Of a stretch of DNA of 64,000 nucleotides, positions 38,585 through 48,040 are shown one piece after another. The position numbers and the translations under genes were made by a program. Position 1 is the stretch's first letter. The number at the start of each line of letters is the position of its first letter. The DNA is from Candidatus Sumerlaeaceae bacterium (GTDB taxonomy: Bacteria > Sumerlaeota > Sumerlaeia > Sumerlaeales > Sumerlaeaceae), in assembly GCA_026418615.1 (NCBI GenBank), contig JAOAAY010000001.1, positions 142,052 to 206,051 on the forward strand, read 5' to 3'. The notes under the pieces were generated by a model. That model saw nothing but the letters and a program-made list of their open reading frames with translations. It was not told where the DNA came from and ran no database searches.

Positions 38585-40400
38585 GGGAGGTCCGGTCGTC
38601 TCGTGCTACAGACGGGAAGGTCAAGGTGACCGTTGTGCCCTGGCCCGGCTGACTGTCGAGTTCAATTGTGCCACCCGCGTTGGAAACGAGGCTCAGCGTA
38701 ACCGGCAACCCGAGACCGGTGCCCTGCCCTTCGCGCTTGGTCGTGTAAAACGGTTCAAAAACGCGCGGCAGGTGTTCCGGCGCGATACCGACGCCGGTAT
38801 CGCGGATGATGACCACCACCCGCTCGCCAGCCGGTTGAGTGGTGATGGTGATTAGCCCGCCCTCCTCGCCAAACGCGTCCTCGGCGTTCTTGAGTATGTT
38901 GATGAGAATCTGGCGGAAGTGATCTGGCGGCATAAAAACCGGCGGCAAGGATGGCGCCAGATTAAGTTGGACCGTGATGCGGCGGCGCGAAAGGGTTCCC
39001 TCGATCAGGGTCACAAGCGACTCTATCTGCGCGTTGATGTCGAACCGCCTCGACTCGGCCGGTTGAGGCTGATGGAGTTCGAGGAGAAGACGGATTGTGC
39101 GCGCCGCACGGTCGAGTTCTTCATCAATAATTTTTAGTGCCTCCGGGTCGCGGCCGCCCGTTTCGCGCAGTATACGCAGATAGTTTTTGATGATGCCGAG
39201 CGGATTGTTGATTTCGTGGGCGATGTTGCCGGCCAGCCGCCCCGCGGCGACTAGCCGCTCGGTGCGGATGAGTTCCCGGTGGGTGCGTTCGAGTTCGGCC
39301 GTGCGCTCGCGCACCTTGTCTTCAATCTCGCGCCGGTGCTTTTCCTCGGCCGCGCGCGCCTCGGCGATGCGGCGCGCCATCTCATTGAACGCGCGCGCCA
39401 GATCTTCGATTTCATCCCCCGTGCGGACATCCACAAAGGCGTCGAGATCGCCGCGGCCGAGCCGCTCAGCCTGCCGGTGCAGGAGATGAACCGGGCGAAG
39501 GAACCAGCGAGCCAGAAGAATGCTCAGAAACATCAGCAGCGCGGACAGCGGCACGGCCGAGATGACAAGCGGCCAAATAAAGGCGTCGAGCGCATGGAAT
39601 GCGTCCGCCAGACCCATCTCGACGAGCACGACCCAGTCGGCTGTGGAACTGCGCTCCGTTTGCTTCAGGCGCAGGACGCGTAAAGCAGAAAAACCAATGA
39701 CTCGCGGCTCGCTCGGCTCATGATCTACCTTAAACCATCCCGAAACCGCACCCGTTAGGCGGCGGATATTGGCTCTGGCTACCGCGCTCAGGCGCTCGTC
39801 TGGCAGACGGCCGCCAATGAGGCCGTTCGAGACCGAATAGACGGCCGCGATCCCGGCCTCTCCGCTGGCGCCGGCTGACACGACCGGGTCCAACAACCGT
39901 CGCGCCGCAACAGTGGCAACGAGGCACGCCGTCGTATCAACGGAGGGAGCGACCAACATGACCAGTCGCGATTCTGTCGGCGGTGTGACCGGAGGCTCCA
40001 AAACGCCGACCGATCCGCGAGACAGCAAATCCGGCGCCACGGAAGTTTCGGTAGGACTCCCGGGAGCGGTACCGATCCATTGGCGGAGAGCGTCGGGCAA
40101 CGGAACGACCTGAACGCCATCAAAAAGCCCGCGGCAAACGGCAACGGCCTCCTCCGGCGCGGCCCCCGCGGCAATCAATCCGGATGCCGAGGTCAGCGCA
40201 TCGCAACGCTGCTGCAGGGCGGCATCCAGCGCTACAGCAGCGGACTCTGCCCGCTCCTGAGCATAGGCGCCAAAGGCCTCCTCGATGGCGACTGAAGCAT
40301 TGAGATAGAGATACGCCAGCCCGGCCGCTGCCGGCAGGATTCCCACCAGCAGCAAGAGCAACAGCAGTTTGCGTTGGACGGTCCGGACGAATAGCGCCAT
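38571..40400 (-). CDS. HAMP-domain sensor histidine kinase (NtrB-like)
   Basis: Two TMs, HAMP domain, H-box AHEINNPL, NAEDA, DTGVG, GTGLGL. Confidence 0.92.
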   Translation of the reverse strand: MALFVRTVQRKLLLLLLLVGILPAAAGLAYLYLNASVAIEEAFGAYAQERAESAAVALDAALQQRCDALTSASGLIAAGAAPEEAVAVCRGLFDGVQVVPLPDALRQWIGTAPGSPTETSVAPDLLSRGSVGVLEPPVTPPTESRLVMLVAPSVDTTACLVATVAARRLLDPVVSAGASGEAGIAAVYSVSNGLIGGRLPDERLSAVARANIRRLTGAVSGWFKVDHEPSEPRVIGFSALRVLRLKQTERSSTADWVVLVEMGLADAFHALDAFIWPLVISAVPLSALLMFLSILLARWFLRPVHLLHRQAERLGRGDLDAFVDVRTGDEIEDLARAFNEMARRIAEARAAEEKHRREIEDKVRERTAELERTHRELIRTERLVAAGRLAGNIAHEINNPLGIIKNYLRILRETGGRDPEALKIIDEELDRAARTIRLLLELHQPQPAESRRFDINAQIESLVTLIEGTLSRRRITVQLNLAPSLPPVFMPPDHFRQILINILKNAEDAFGEEGGLITITTQPAGERVVVIIRDTGVGIAPEHLPRVFEPFYTTKREGQGTGLGLPVTLSLVSNAGGTIELDSQPGQGTTVTLTFPSVARDDRTSHDPS

Positions 40401-40472
40401 GAGCCCCTCTGCGTCTCCACGACAATTGGTTTGCTATTTCGCGCCTCGCGCAATTGCAACAGACGCGTGGAA

Positions 40473-41681
40473 ATGAGCAAGACCCCCCCGCCGCCGCACC
40501 GCGTGCTCATCATGTGCGCCGTTGACTTCACTGTACGGCAATTTCTACTGCCCGTGGCCCGCGCACTGACCGACCACGGATGCCGCGTAACCATCACCTG
40601 CAGTCGCGGACCAATGTTCGATTCTATCCGCCGCGAAGGCTACGACATCCGGGAAAACCCGGTGTCGCGCTCCATGAATGTGGTCAGCCATGCGGCGGCT
40701 GTTTGGCGGACATGGTGCCTGCTGCGCCGCGAGCGGTTTGATGTGGTCCATGTGCACACGCCCATCGCGGCACTGGTAGGCCGCATCGCAGCGCGCCTCG
40801 CCGGCGTGCCAGTCATCATCTATACGGCCCATGGTTTTTATTTTCATCCGGACATGGCCGGATGGAAACGCGCGCTGCACATCAGCCTCGAGCGCCTCGG
40901 CGCCCTCTGCGGGCACTTCATCATGACTGTGAGCGACGAAGACCGCGCCGAGGCGATCCGCACCGGCATCGCAAAGCCTGATAACATTGAAACCATCTAC
41001 AATGGCATTGATACCGCCCGGTTCGACCCAGCCCGCTTCCCGGACGCCGACAGAGCCGCGTTTCGCGCGGCACACGGGATTCCCGCGGAAGCCCATGTGG
41101 TGGGCATTGTCGGCCGGCTTGTGCGCGAAAAAGGATTTATAGAACTGTTTGAAGCGGCGGCCGCACTCCGCGGCGATGCCCCGCACATTCGCGTGCTGGT
41201 CGTGGGCGACGCCCTACCCAGCGAGCATGACGCCGGCAAGGCGCTCATCGTGGAGCGCGCCCGCGCGCTGGGACTCGACACAGCGATCACATGGGCCGGC
41301 ATGGTGGATGACACTGCGCCGTGGCTGGCCGCCATGGACTCGTTCGCACTGCCTTCCTATCGGGAGGGAATGCCAGTCTCGCTATTGGAAGCCATGGGGA
41401 TGGCGCTGCCATGCGTCGCCTCGAATATTCGCGGCTGCCGGGAGGAAATCGTAAACGGTGACAGCGGATGGCTGGTGCCTCCGCGCGACGCCGCGGCTCT
41501 CGCCGACCGTCTCCGATGGATCCTGAGGCATCCCGCCGAAGCGAAGCAAATGGGCCGGCAGGCCCGCCATCGTGTAATGGAACACTTCGACATCCGACGG
41601 GTGCTGGATCATCAGATGGAAATCTACGACCGCCTCCTGCGTCACCGAACGGGCCGGGGACTGCCTACGGCGCAGTCGTAG
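40473..41681 (+). CDS. Glycosyltransferase family 4 (CapM-like)
   Basis: HVHTP, YTAHGF, GRLVREKG, PSYREGMP..LLEAM. Confidence 0.9.
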   Translation: MSKTPPPPHRVLIMCAVDFTVRQFLLPVARALTDHGCRVTITCSRGPMFDSIRREGYDIRENPVSRSMNVVSHAAAVWRTWCLLRRERFDVVHVHTPIAALVGRIAARLAGVPVIIYTAHGFYFHPDMAGWKRALHISLERLGALCGHFIMTVSDEDRAEAIRTGIAKPDNIETIYNGIDTARFDPARFPDADRAAFRAAHGIPAEAHVVGIVGRLVREKGFIELFEAAAALRGDAPHIRVLVVGDALPSEHDAGKALIVERARALGLDTAITWAGMVDDTAPWLAAMDSFALPSYREGMPVSLLEAMGMALPCVASNIRGCREEIVNGDSGWLVPPRDAAALADRLRWILRHPAEAKQMGRQARHRVMEHFDIRRVLDHQMEIYDRLLRHRTGRGLPTAQS

Positions 41682-42174
41682 CGCTGTCCGTGGATCCTGT
41701 CGCAGGTGCGGTGGTGCCGGCAGTCCCGTCGCTAACCGCTGCATCCGGCACGGTTTGCCGGCGCAACTCGTCGCGCAATGCACGCCAGCGGGCGGGCGTC
41801 AACAACGCCCGGCGCTCCGCAACCGCCCGACGCTCAGCGTCAGCATCGCCGGACGATCGGGCCAGAAATAACTTCGACTCCAGATCCAACAGACGCGCCA
41901 GTTCTTCTTCGTTGAGCCCGGCCGCACGCCCCGCAGCCTCCAGCCGCGCCCAACGCTGCTCCATGCCCTCGGGAATACGGACAATATGCCGCACCGGCGC
42001 CGTGGTTAGATCCTCTTCGGCCGTCTCCGCCGCTGTTGTCACCATCTCGACAGGTGTCGTCGCAGTGGTGGCTTGTTCCGGGCCTGTGGTCTCCGCGCCG
42101 GAGGGCAGGCCAGTTTGCACCATGACGGCCATCAAAAGCGCCCAGCCAATCCGTCTCCGATATGTCACGACCAC
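41665..42174 (-). CDS. Hypothetical exported protein with Thr/Ala-rich termini
   Basis: Signal-like N-terminus; co-oriented downstream of the deacetylase gene. Confidence 0.5.
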   Translation of the reverse strand: MVVTYRRRIGWALLMAVMVQTGLPSGAETTGPEQATTATTPVEMVTTAAETAEEDLTTAPVRHIVRIPEGMEQRWARLEAAGRAAGLNEEELARLLDLESKLFLARSSGDADAERRAVAERRALLTPARWRALRDELRRQTVPDAAVSDGTAGTTAPATGSTDSATTAP

Positions 42175-42199
42175 ACCTCGCTCATGGTCTTGCCACCCA

Positions 42200-42892
42200 T
42201 CAGAACAGCGTCATGTCCAACCCGTTTACCCGAACGGGCCGGTCGCAAACAAAACTCTCCCCGTACAGGGCGTCAATCAGATTGCCTGCGTACTGACGCC
42301 GCGCCATGAGGCGATCGCGGTATCCGGGAATCGCATTGAGTTGCGATCCGTAGAGATTCGCCAGTTCCAGCCAACGCTCGTGGTAAGCGGTCGCGTCAAA
42401 TACAAAAGTGGGTTTTATATCAAACGGATGCAGGTAGTAGGCAATGTTGGGAATCCAGAAAGGTTCCTGACCCGTGTCAATGTTCCGGAACCGGCAAAGA
42501 CGGAATGCGGCCCGGACAATCTGGCCGGTGGCCTCGTGGTCGGGATGCATCAGCGGATACTCGTAGTACTGGCAAAGAATCAGCCGGGGTCGAATGTCGC
42601 GAATGGCGCGGATCAATCTCAGCCGCGACTCGAACGAGTCGCTAATGCGCGTGTCTTCGAAATCGAGCCACATGAGGTCGGCGCCCATATAGTTGGCTGC
42701 GGCCCGTGCCTCCGCATCGCGCGTCTCGCGATTGCCGTAGGTCCCGGCCTCCCCATGCGTCATATGCACCACAATGGTTTTTTTGCCTTGGTCGCGCAGG
42801 TAAAGCATCGTGGCACCAATCGAGTGTTCCACATCGTCGGGGTGCGCACCGATGGCCATGACATCGTATTTGAAATCGGTCTGTCTGCTCAT
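42200..42892 (-). CDS. PIG-L/LmbE family deacetylase (BshB1-like)
   Basis: GAHPDDVE, THGEAGT.G, R..EA, HPDH, Y.SQ. Start trimmed to MSRQTDF. Confidence 0.85.
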   Translation of the reverse strand: MSRQTDFKYDVMAIGAHPDDVEHSIGATMLYLRDQGKKTIVVHMTHGEAGTYGNRETRDAEARAAANYMGADLMWLDFEDTRISDSFESRLRLIRAIRDIRPRLILCQYYEYPLMHPDHEATGQIVRAAFRLCRFRNIDTGQEPFWIPNIAYYLHPFDIKPTFVFDATAYHERWLELANLYGSQLNAIPGYRDRLMARRQYAGNLIDALYGESFVCDRPVRVNGLDMTLF

Positions 42893-42951
42893 GCGCCCAT
42901 GCCGCATGAAGGCGCCGCCCCGCTCAACACGAAAAACCACAAGCAGCGCCG

Positions 42952-44055
42952 TCAGACGGCGCGCTTCCTGAAACGGACGGAACTCACCGTTACGAGGAGC
43001 ACGGCAAACCCGGCCAAGGCCATGGTCTGAGGCCATAAAGCCTGCAAGCCGGCTCCGCGCAAAATGATCCCGCGCAGGATTTCCACATAATAGGTCACCG
43101 GCAGGCCAAAGCCTATCATGTAAATAGGCAGAGGCATGGTTTCCCGCGGAAAGGCGAAACCCGAAAGGAGCACCGACGGCAACATGATCAGCAGACTGAT
43201 CTGCATGGCCTCGCCCTGATTGGTAGCCAGCGTCGAGATCAGAATGCCAAGAGCCAGCGAGGGCAGCAGGAAGAGCGAGGAGAGCGCCAGCAGCAGGAAC
43301 AGGTCGCCCTCGATCCTCACACCAAACACCCACCGCATCAGCAGCAACACCACAACCGACTGCATCATGCCGATCACGGCGTAGGGAATCAGTTTGCCGA
43401 GCACCAATGATGCCCGCGAAACGGGCGTAACGCTAAGTTGCTCGAGCGTACCGCGCTCGCGCTCGCGCACAATGCTGAACGCCGTGAGCGTAACAGTCAC
43501 CAGTTGCAGAATGATTCCGATCAAGCCCGGCACATAAAAGTTTGCACTGACAAGGTCAGGGTTGAACAGCACGCGCGGCCGCACATCCACGGCCTGTTCC
43601 CGCGGCGCCAGCCGGCCCGGCCGCCCTGTTTCGAGCAGACCGATGGCGCGCGCCGTTTGAACCGCATTGGTTGCAACCACGCTGTCCGAGCCGTCCACGA
43701 GCACCTGCACCGTGGCCTGCTGGCCGGCAAGCAGGCGCCGTGAGTAATCTGGCGGCACCACGACGGCCACCTTGGCACGGCCGGATACAATCTGTTCCTT
43801 TGCCTCCCGGACGCTGCGCGACTCGCCGATGATGCGGAAAGTCCGCGTGTTGTGCAGCCGCTCCACCACGCGCCGCCCGTCGGCGCTGCGGTCCATGTCA
43901 ACCACAACTGTGGCGATGTTCTGAATGTCGAGATCAATCGCAAAACCAAAGATAAAGGTCTGAATGACCGGAATGAGAAAGACGAGCCGCGTGCTGCGGT
44001 CGCGACGCATCTGGATCATCTCTTTATAGATGATTGCCCCCAGCCCCCGGAGCAT
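42952..44055 (-). CDS. ABC-2 type permease (YbhR/YbhS-like)
   Basis: IVRERERGTLEQL.VTP, LLSGF.FP; multiple TMs. Confidence 0.9.
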   Translation of the reverse strand: MLRGLGAIIYKEMIQMRRDRSTRLVFLIPVIQTFIFGFAIDLDIQNIATVVVDMDRSADGRRVVERLHNTRTFRIIGESRSVREAKEQIVSGRAKVAVVVPPDYSRRLLAGQQATVQVLVDGSDSVVATNAVQTARAIGLLETGRPGRLAPREQAVDVRPRVLFNPDLVSANFYVPGLIGIILQLVTVTLTAFSIVRERERGTLEQLSVTPVSRASLVLGKLIPYAVIGMMQSVVVLLLMRWVFGVRIEGDLFLLLALSSLFLLPSLALGILISTLATNQGEAMQISLLIMLPSVLLSGFAFPRETMPLPIYMIGFGLPVTYYVEILRGIILRGAGLQALWPQTMALAGFAVLLVTVSSVRFRKRAV

Positions 44056-45041
44056 CAGCGGGCGGCCTCCGTCTCACGGTTGGAAGGCTCGGTCACGGCG
44101 TACCGGCGGGTCAGCATGACAAAGACATCCTCCAGCGACGGAGCCGCGGCGCGTATGTGGCGACAACCCAGTCCGGCGGCCTCCAGTTGCCCGTGCACAT
44201 CCGCGTCGGCTGTTTCCTGCCGCAGCAGAAGATGGATTTCCCGGCCGAAAAGCGTGGCGTCCGCCACATCCGCGCGCTCACGCAGCAGCCCCAGGGCACG
44301 CCGGCTTTCCTCGCATTCGACATGCACGCGCCGGAATCCGGCGGGAGTCACCTCGGGCAGGCGTTTGAGATCATCCGGGCGGCCGCAAACGATAAGCCGC
44401 GACAGATAAATGTATCCGACGGCTGTGCAACGCTCCGCCTCGTCCATGTAATGTGTTGTCACAAACAGAGTCGTCCCTTCCCCCGACAGACGAAAAAGCA
44501 AATCCCACAACTCGCGGCGGGCCACGGGATCAATGCCGGCGGTCGGCTCGTCCAGGAAGATAATCCGCGGCTTATGAAGCAGCGCACATGCCACCGAGAG
44601 CCGCTGTTTCCATCCGCCGGAAAGGTGCCCGGCCAAAACGCCGCGGTATCCCCGGATGCCGACAAGGTCCATGACCTCATCGCGCCGGCGTCCAATATCC
44701 CGGCCAGATAAACCGTAAATGCGTCCAAAGAATCCGAGGTTTTCCTCTACCGTCAGATCTTCGTACAGGCTGAACTTTTGCGAGGTGTACCCGATCCGGC
44801 GCTTGATCCCTTCGGGGTCGCGACGCACACCGATGCCGTCAACACGCCCGTCGCCGCTGCTCGGCGCGAGCAGGCCGCAGAGCATGCGGATCACGGTGGA
44901 TTTACCGGAGCCGTTCGGCCCCAGAAAGCCGAAGATCGCACCGCGCTCGATTTCAAAACTCACCTCATTTACCGCCGTGAGAGGCCCGAACCGGCGCGTC
45001 AGCCGGTCAGCCACTACAGCCGGCCCTTCTCCGCCGCTCAT
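44055..45041 (-). CDS. ABC transporter ATP-binding protein (YbhF-like)
   Basis: GPNGSGKST, LSGGWKQR, LDEPT, TTHYMDE. Confidence 0.92.
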   Translation of the reverse strand: MSGGEGPAVVADRLTRRFGPLTAVNEVSFEIERGAIFGFLGPNGSGKSTVIRMLCGLLAPSSGDGRVDGIGVRRDPEGIKRRIGYTSQKFSLYEDLTVEENLGFFGRIYGLSGRDIGRRRDEVMDLVGIRGYRGVLAGHLSGGWKQRLSVACALLHKPRIIFLDEPTAGIDPVARRELWDLLFRLSGEGTTLFVTTHYMDEAERCTAVGYIYLSRLIVCGRPDDLKRLPEVTPAGFRRVHVECEESRRALGLLRERADVADATLFGREIHLLLRQETADADVHGQLEAAGLGCRHIRAAAPSLEDVFVMLTRRYAVTEPSNRETEAAR

Positions 45042-46186
45042 CGCAGGGCCGCCGGCTCCGGGCGCACATCTGCGTACATGCCGGCACGAAGCGCGGAGGC
45101 GTCGCCCGTCACATCCACCTTCATTTCGAAAACCAGTTCGGACCGTTTCTCCGAAGTCTGCACATTTCGCGGGGTGAATTCAGCCTCTGCGTTCACACGC
45201 CGCACTCGGCCGGCGAAGCGGCGTCCGGGAAAACTGTCCACAGTTACAGTGACCGCTTGCCCCGGCCGGACCTCCCCAAGGCGGTTCTCCGGCACATAGC
45301 AGCGGATGTACGGCGCCTTATCCAACTGGATTACGGCGACCGGTTCCCCAGCCCGGACCAGATCGCCCGGTTCGAGATCCAATGTTTCAACCATCGCGCG
45401 GGCTGGAGCGAGAATTCGCGTTTCGGACAGCAGGGAATCAATACGCTCGACATTCGCCTGCGCCGCCAAAACGGCAGCACGAGCCGCCGCTATTTCCTCC
45501 GCTCTCGGACCATTGCGAAGCCGCTCCAAATCGGCTGATGCCTGTGCCAATTGCGCCTCCGCCATGGCGATCTCCTCCGGGCGCGATCCGCTTCGGTAGA
45601 GAGACGCCCGCTGGCGCGCCACCTCGACCGCTGCCCGGGCCGTCTCGAACAGCGATCGTTTCCGGTCCAGTTCCCGTTGATCTACTGTTCCCGTCTTATG
45701 CAGCGACTCGGTTCGTTCCAGTTCTTTTCTGGCCAGTTCCAGATCGCTTTCCGCGGAAACCACCTGGGCCTCGGCCTGCCTCACTTCCTCATCCCGGAAA
45801 CCCTTGCGACGCAAGTCGAGTTCGGCCTGACGCGCCCGCACCACAGCCTCCGCCCGCGCAATGTCCTCAGGTCGCGAACCCGCTAACAATAGGTCCAGTT
45901 GAGCCTGAGCCTGCGCCGCGGCGGCCTCAGCCTCGCTGTGCTGGGCCTTCAATTCCCGGTCGTCCAAGGCCAAGACAACTGCGCCCGCTTCGACCCAGTC
46001 GCCTTCCTCGGCGTTCACGGCAGCCACGCGCCCCCCGATCTTCGAGCCGATCCGGACCGTGTCCATTTCCACACGACCGCTCACGACCAGTGGTTGTACC
46101 CGGTCGCCGCATCCGGAAAAACATAGCGTCGCCCCATAGAGGATTAACGCCGCAGTGGTTTTCCCAACCCTCACACGGTCTCCCAT
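45038..46186 (-). CDS. HlyD-family membrane fusion protein (YbhG-like)
   Basis: SGRVE, lipoyl-like halves, long coiled coil, AEFTPRNVQT. Confidence 0.9.
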   Translation of the reverse strand: MGDRVRVGKTTAALILYGATLCFSGCGDRVQPLVVSGRVEMDTVRIGSKIGGRVAAVNAEEGDWVEAGAVVLALDDRELKAQHSEAEAAAAQAQAQLDLLLAGSRPEDIARAEAVVRARQAELDLRRKGFRDEEVRQAEAQVVSAESDLELARKELERTESLHKTGTVDQRELDRKRSLFETARAAVEVARQRASLYRSGSRPEEIAMAEAQLAQASADLERLRNGPRAEEIAAARAAVLAAQANVERIDSLLSETRILAPARAMVETLDLEPGDLVRAGEPVAVIQLDKAPYIRCYVPENRLGEVRPGQAVTVTVDSFPGRRFAGRVRRVNAEAEFTPRNVQTSEKRSELVFEMKVDVTGDASALRAGMYADVRPEPAALR

Positions 46187-46272
46187 GCGGCTATACTGCG
46201 GCACACTCCTTCCGCGTTCAACTCGAATCCGAATCGGCAGCCGCGTTCCCAACTCCCCCGCTTGCCAAATCC

Positions 46273-46641
46273 TTAAACACTGCTAGGACAAGGTAGAAAA
46301 CACTTGACTAACTCGCATAATATCCTTTGACTTTGCGCAGCCGGCTTGAGACCCAAACCCGCGCAAAAGCCCCGCGCATGATAGCAGACTTGCAAGGCGT
46401 GACCATCGGGATTGGGGCCTGCGCAACCGGCATCTTGGCAAACAGTGGCAGACTCCGCCCCACAGCGCGACTTGCCAAAGCCCGGCTCACCAATCAGGAC
46501 AAAAGCCTGCGGTAGCGGCTTGCCCGAACCGTCTTCACCCGCGACACATTTGTGCCACAACTCGCCCAGCCGGTTTAAGTCACGCCGGCGGCCGACAAAT
46601 TCAACCCGCTCAAAGTGGCAGCAATTGTTGGTCTGGCCCAT
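46273..46641 (-). pseudogene. N-terminal remnant of an AAA/STAND-type ATPase (AAA_16-like)
   Basis: FVGRRRDL..L...W and Walker A GEPGFGKS, then degeneration with no Walker B. Confidence 0.5.
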
Positions 46642-46920
46642 GGCCGAATTACTGATTAAACGGCACGCCTTGGCCAGCACCCTCCCCACACAAAGGCCAA
46701 AACGGACATGATCACGAGCCAATCCCCCGAGATCCGGCTGCCGGAATCAGATGACTCACACACCTCCGAATCATGCGCGAGCACCGTTTGAACGCTCCTT
46801 GAAATGCTGCCACGCGGACGGTCTCTTTGTTCGCGGTTGCGTTTGTCCAAGGCATGGCGTTCCGGTTAGGTCTTGCGCTCGCTTTTGCAGGGACGAGTAG
46901 CGAACAACACCATGGCGGAG

Positions 46921-48006
46921 ATGGCTGGTTTCATGCGGAAGGTGTGGGTGGTGTGCGGCGGACCCTCGACGGAGTACGAGGTTTCGCTTAATTCAGGTCG
47001 GGAGGTGTGCCGCCACATCCGGACGGACACAAACGACGCCCGGCCGGTTGTCATCACGCGCGAGGGACGCTGGATTGTCGGCGATCGCCTGACCAACGGC
47101 GGCGATCGCAGATCCGCGCTGGAGTCGTTTTTTGACGCGGTCCGCGGCGGTTCGGCTGCCAGCCACGCCTGCGATCTTGGCGAGGCGGTCACCCGGATGC
47201 TCCGGGAGCGCGTGGACTGTGTCTTCATTGCCATTCATGGCCAATTTGGGGAAGACGGCCGCATTCAAGGTCTGCTCGAGACGGCAGGTGTTGCATACAC
47301 GGGGTCCGGCATTCTCGCCTCGGCCACGGCATTTGATAAACAGTTGACGCTCGAGGCGTACCGTCGCGACGGACTGCGTACAGCGCGGAGTTTCCTGGCC
47401 GGTCGCGGGCGACCGGGCGCCACGGAAGACTCAACCCTGGCGTTTCCCGTCTTTGTGAAGCCTGTCCGCGGCGGGTCGAGCGTGGGCATTTCGCTGGCCC
47501 ACAACGCCATCGAACTTCAGGTGGCGGTGGAGGCGGCTTTGGCAGTGGACGACACGGCGCTTTGCGAGCAACGCATCGTGGGCATCGAAGTGTCATGCGG
47601 CGTTATAGACCGGGTCACCGAAAATGGCATCGAGACGATCGCCCTTCCGCCGACAGAGATCCGGCCAGTCGAATCCGAATATTTTGATTACACGGCCAAG
47701 TATGTGCCGGGCAAATCCGAAGAAATTACCCCGGCGCGGCTGTCACCCAAGGTCATAGCCCGCATCCAGGATGCGGCCATTCGCGCCCACCGCGTGCTCG
47801 GGTGCGCCGGCGTATCGCGAACGGACGCCATCGTGCCGCCGGGCGATAACGCCGAGCCGGTGCTTTTGGAGACCAATACCATCCCGGGATTGACCGCGAC
47901 ATCGCTGCTGCCGCAGCAGGCGCAGGCCTACGGCATGGACTTTTGTGATCTCATCGAAACGCTTATCATCCACGCCATGCACCGAGGCGGCGCGAAATGG
48001 CGTTGA
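46921..48006 (+). CDS. ddl: D-alanine--D-alanine ligase
   Basis: GGPSTEYEVSLNSG, HGQFGEDG, KP..GGSS, FDYTAKY, ETNTIPG. Start is uncertain (46912/46921/46933). Confidence 0.93.
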   Translation: MAGFMRKVWVVCGGPSTEYEVSLNSGREVCRHIRTDTNDARPVVITREGRWIVGDRLTNGGDRRSALESFFDAVRGGSAASHACDLGEAVTRMLRERVDCVFIAIHGQFGEDGRIQGLLETAGVAYTGSGILASATAFDKQLTLEAYRRDGLRTARSFLAGRGRPGATEDSTLAFPVFVKPVRGGSSVGISLAHNAIELQVAVEAALAVDDTALCEQRIVGIEVSCGVIDRVTENGIETIALPPTEIRPVESEYFDYTAKYVPGKSEEITPARLSPKVIARIQDAAIRAHRVLGCAGVSRTDAIVPPGDNAEPVLLETNTIPGLTATSLLPQQAQAYGMDFCDLIETLIIHAMHRGGAKWR

Positions 48007-48040
48007 ACCTGCGGGCGGCTCGCGGGTAAAGTGCCCTATC

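Noticed and set aside
41468..43030. Long 520-aa plus-strand ORF (likewise 19545..20735, 25877..26992, 37349..38431, 48713..49900, 52618..53739, 60486..61550)
   Set aside because: These are antisense shadows of well-supported genes in GC-rich DNA and carry no motifs.
42893..43333. N-terminal extension of the deacetylase ORF (377 aa in the ORF track)
   Set aside because: It overlaps the ABC permease in another frame; the domain begins at MSRQTDF (42892).
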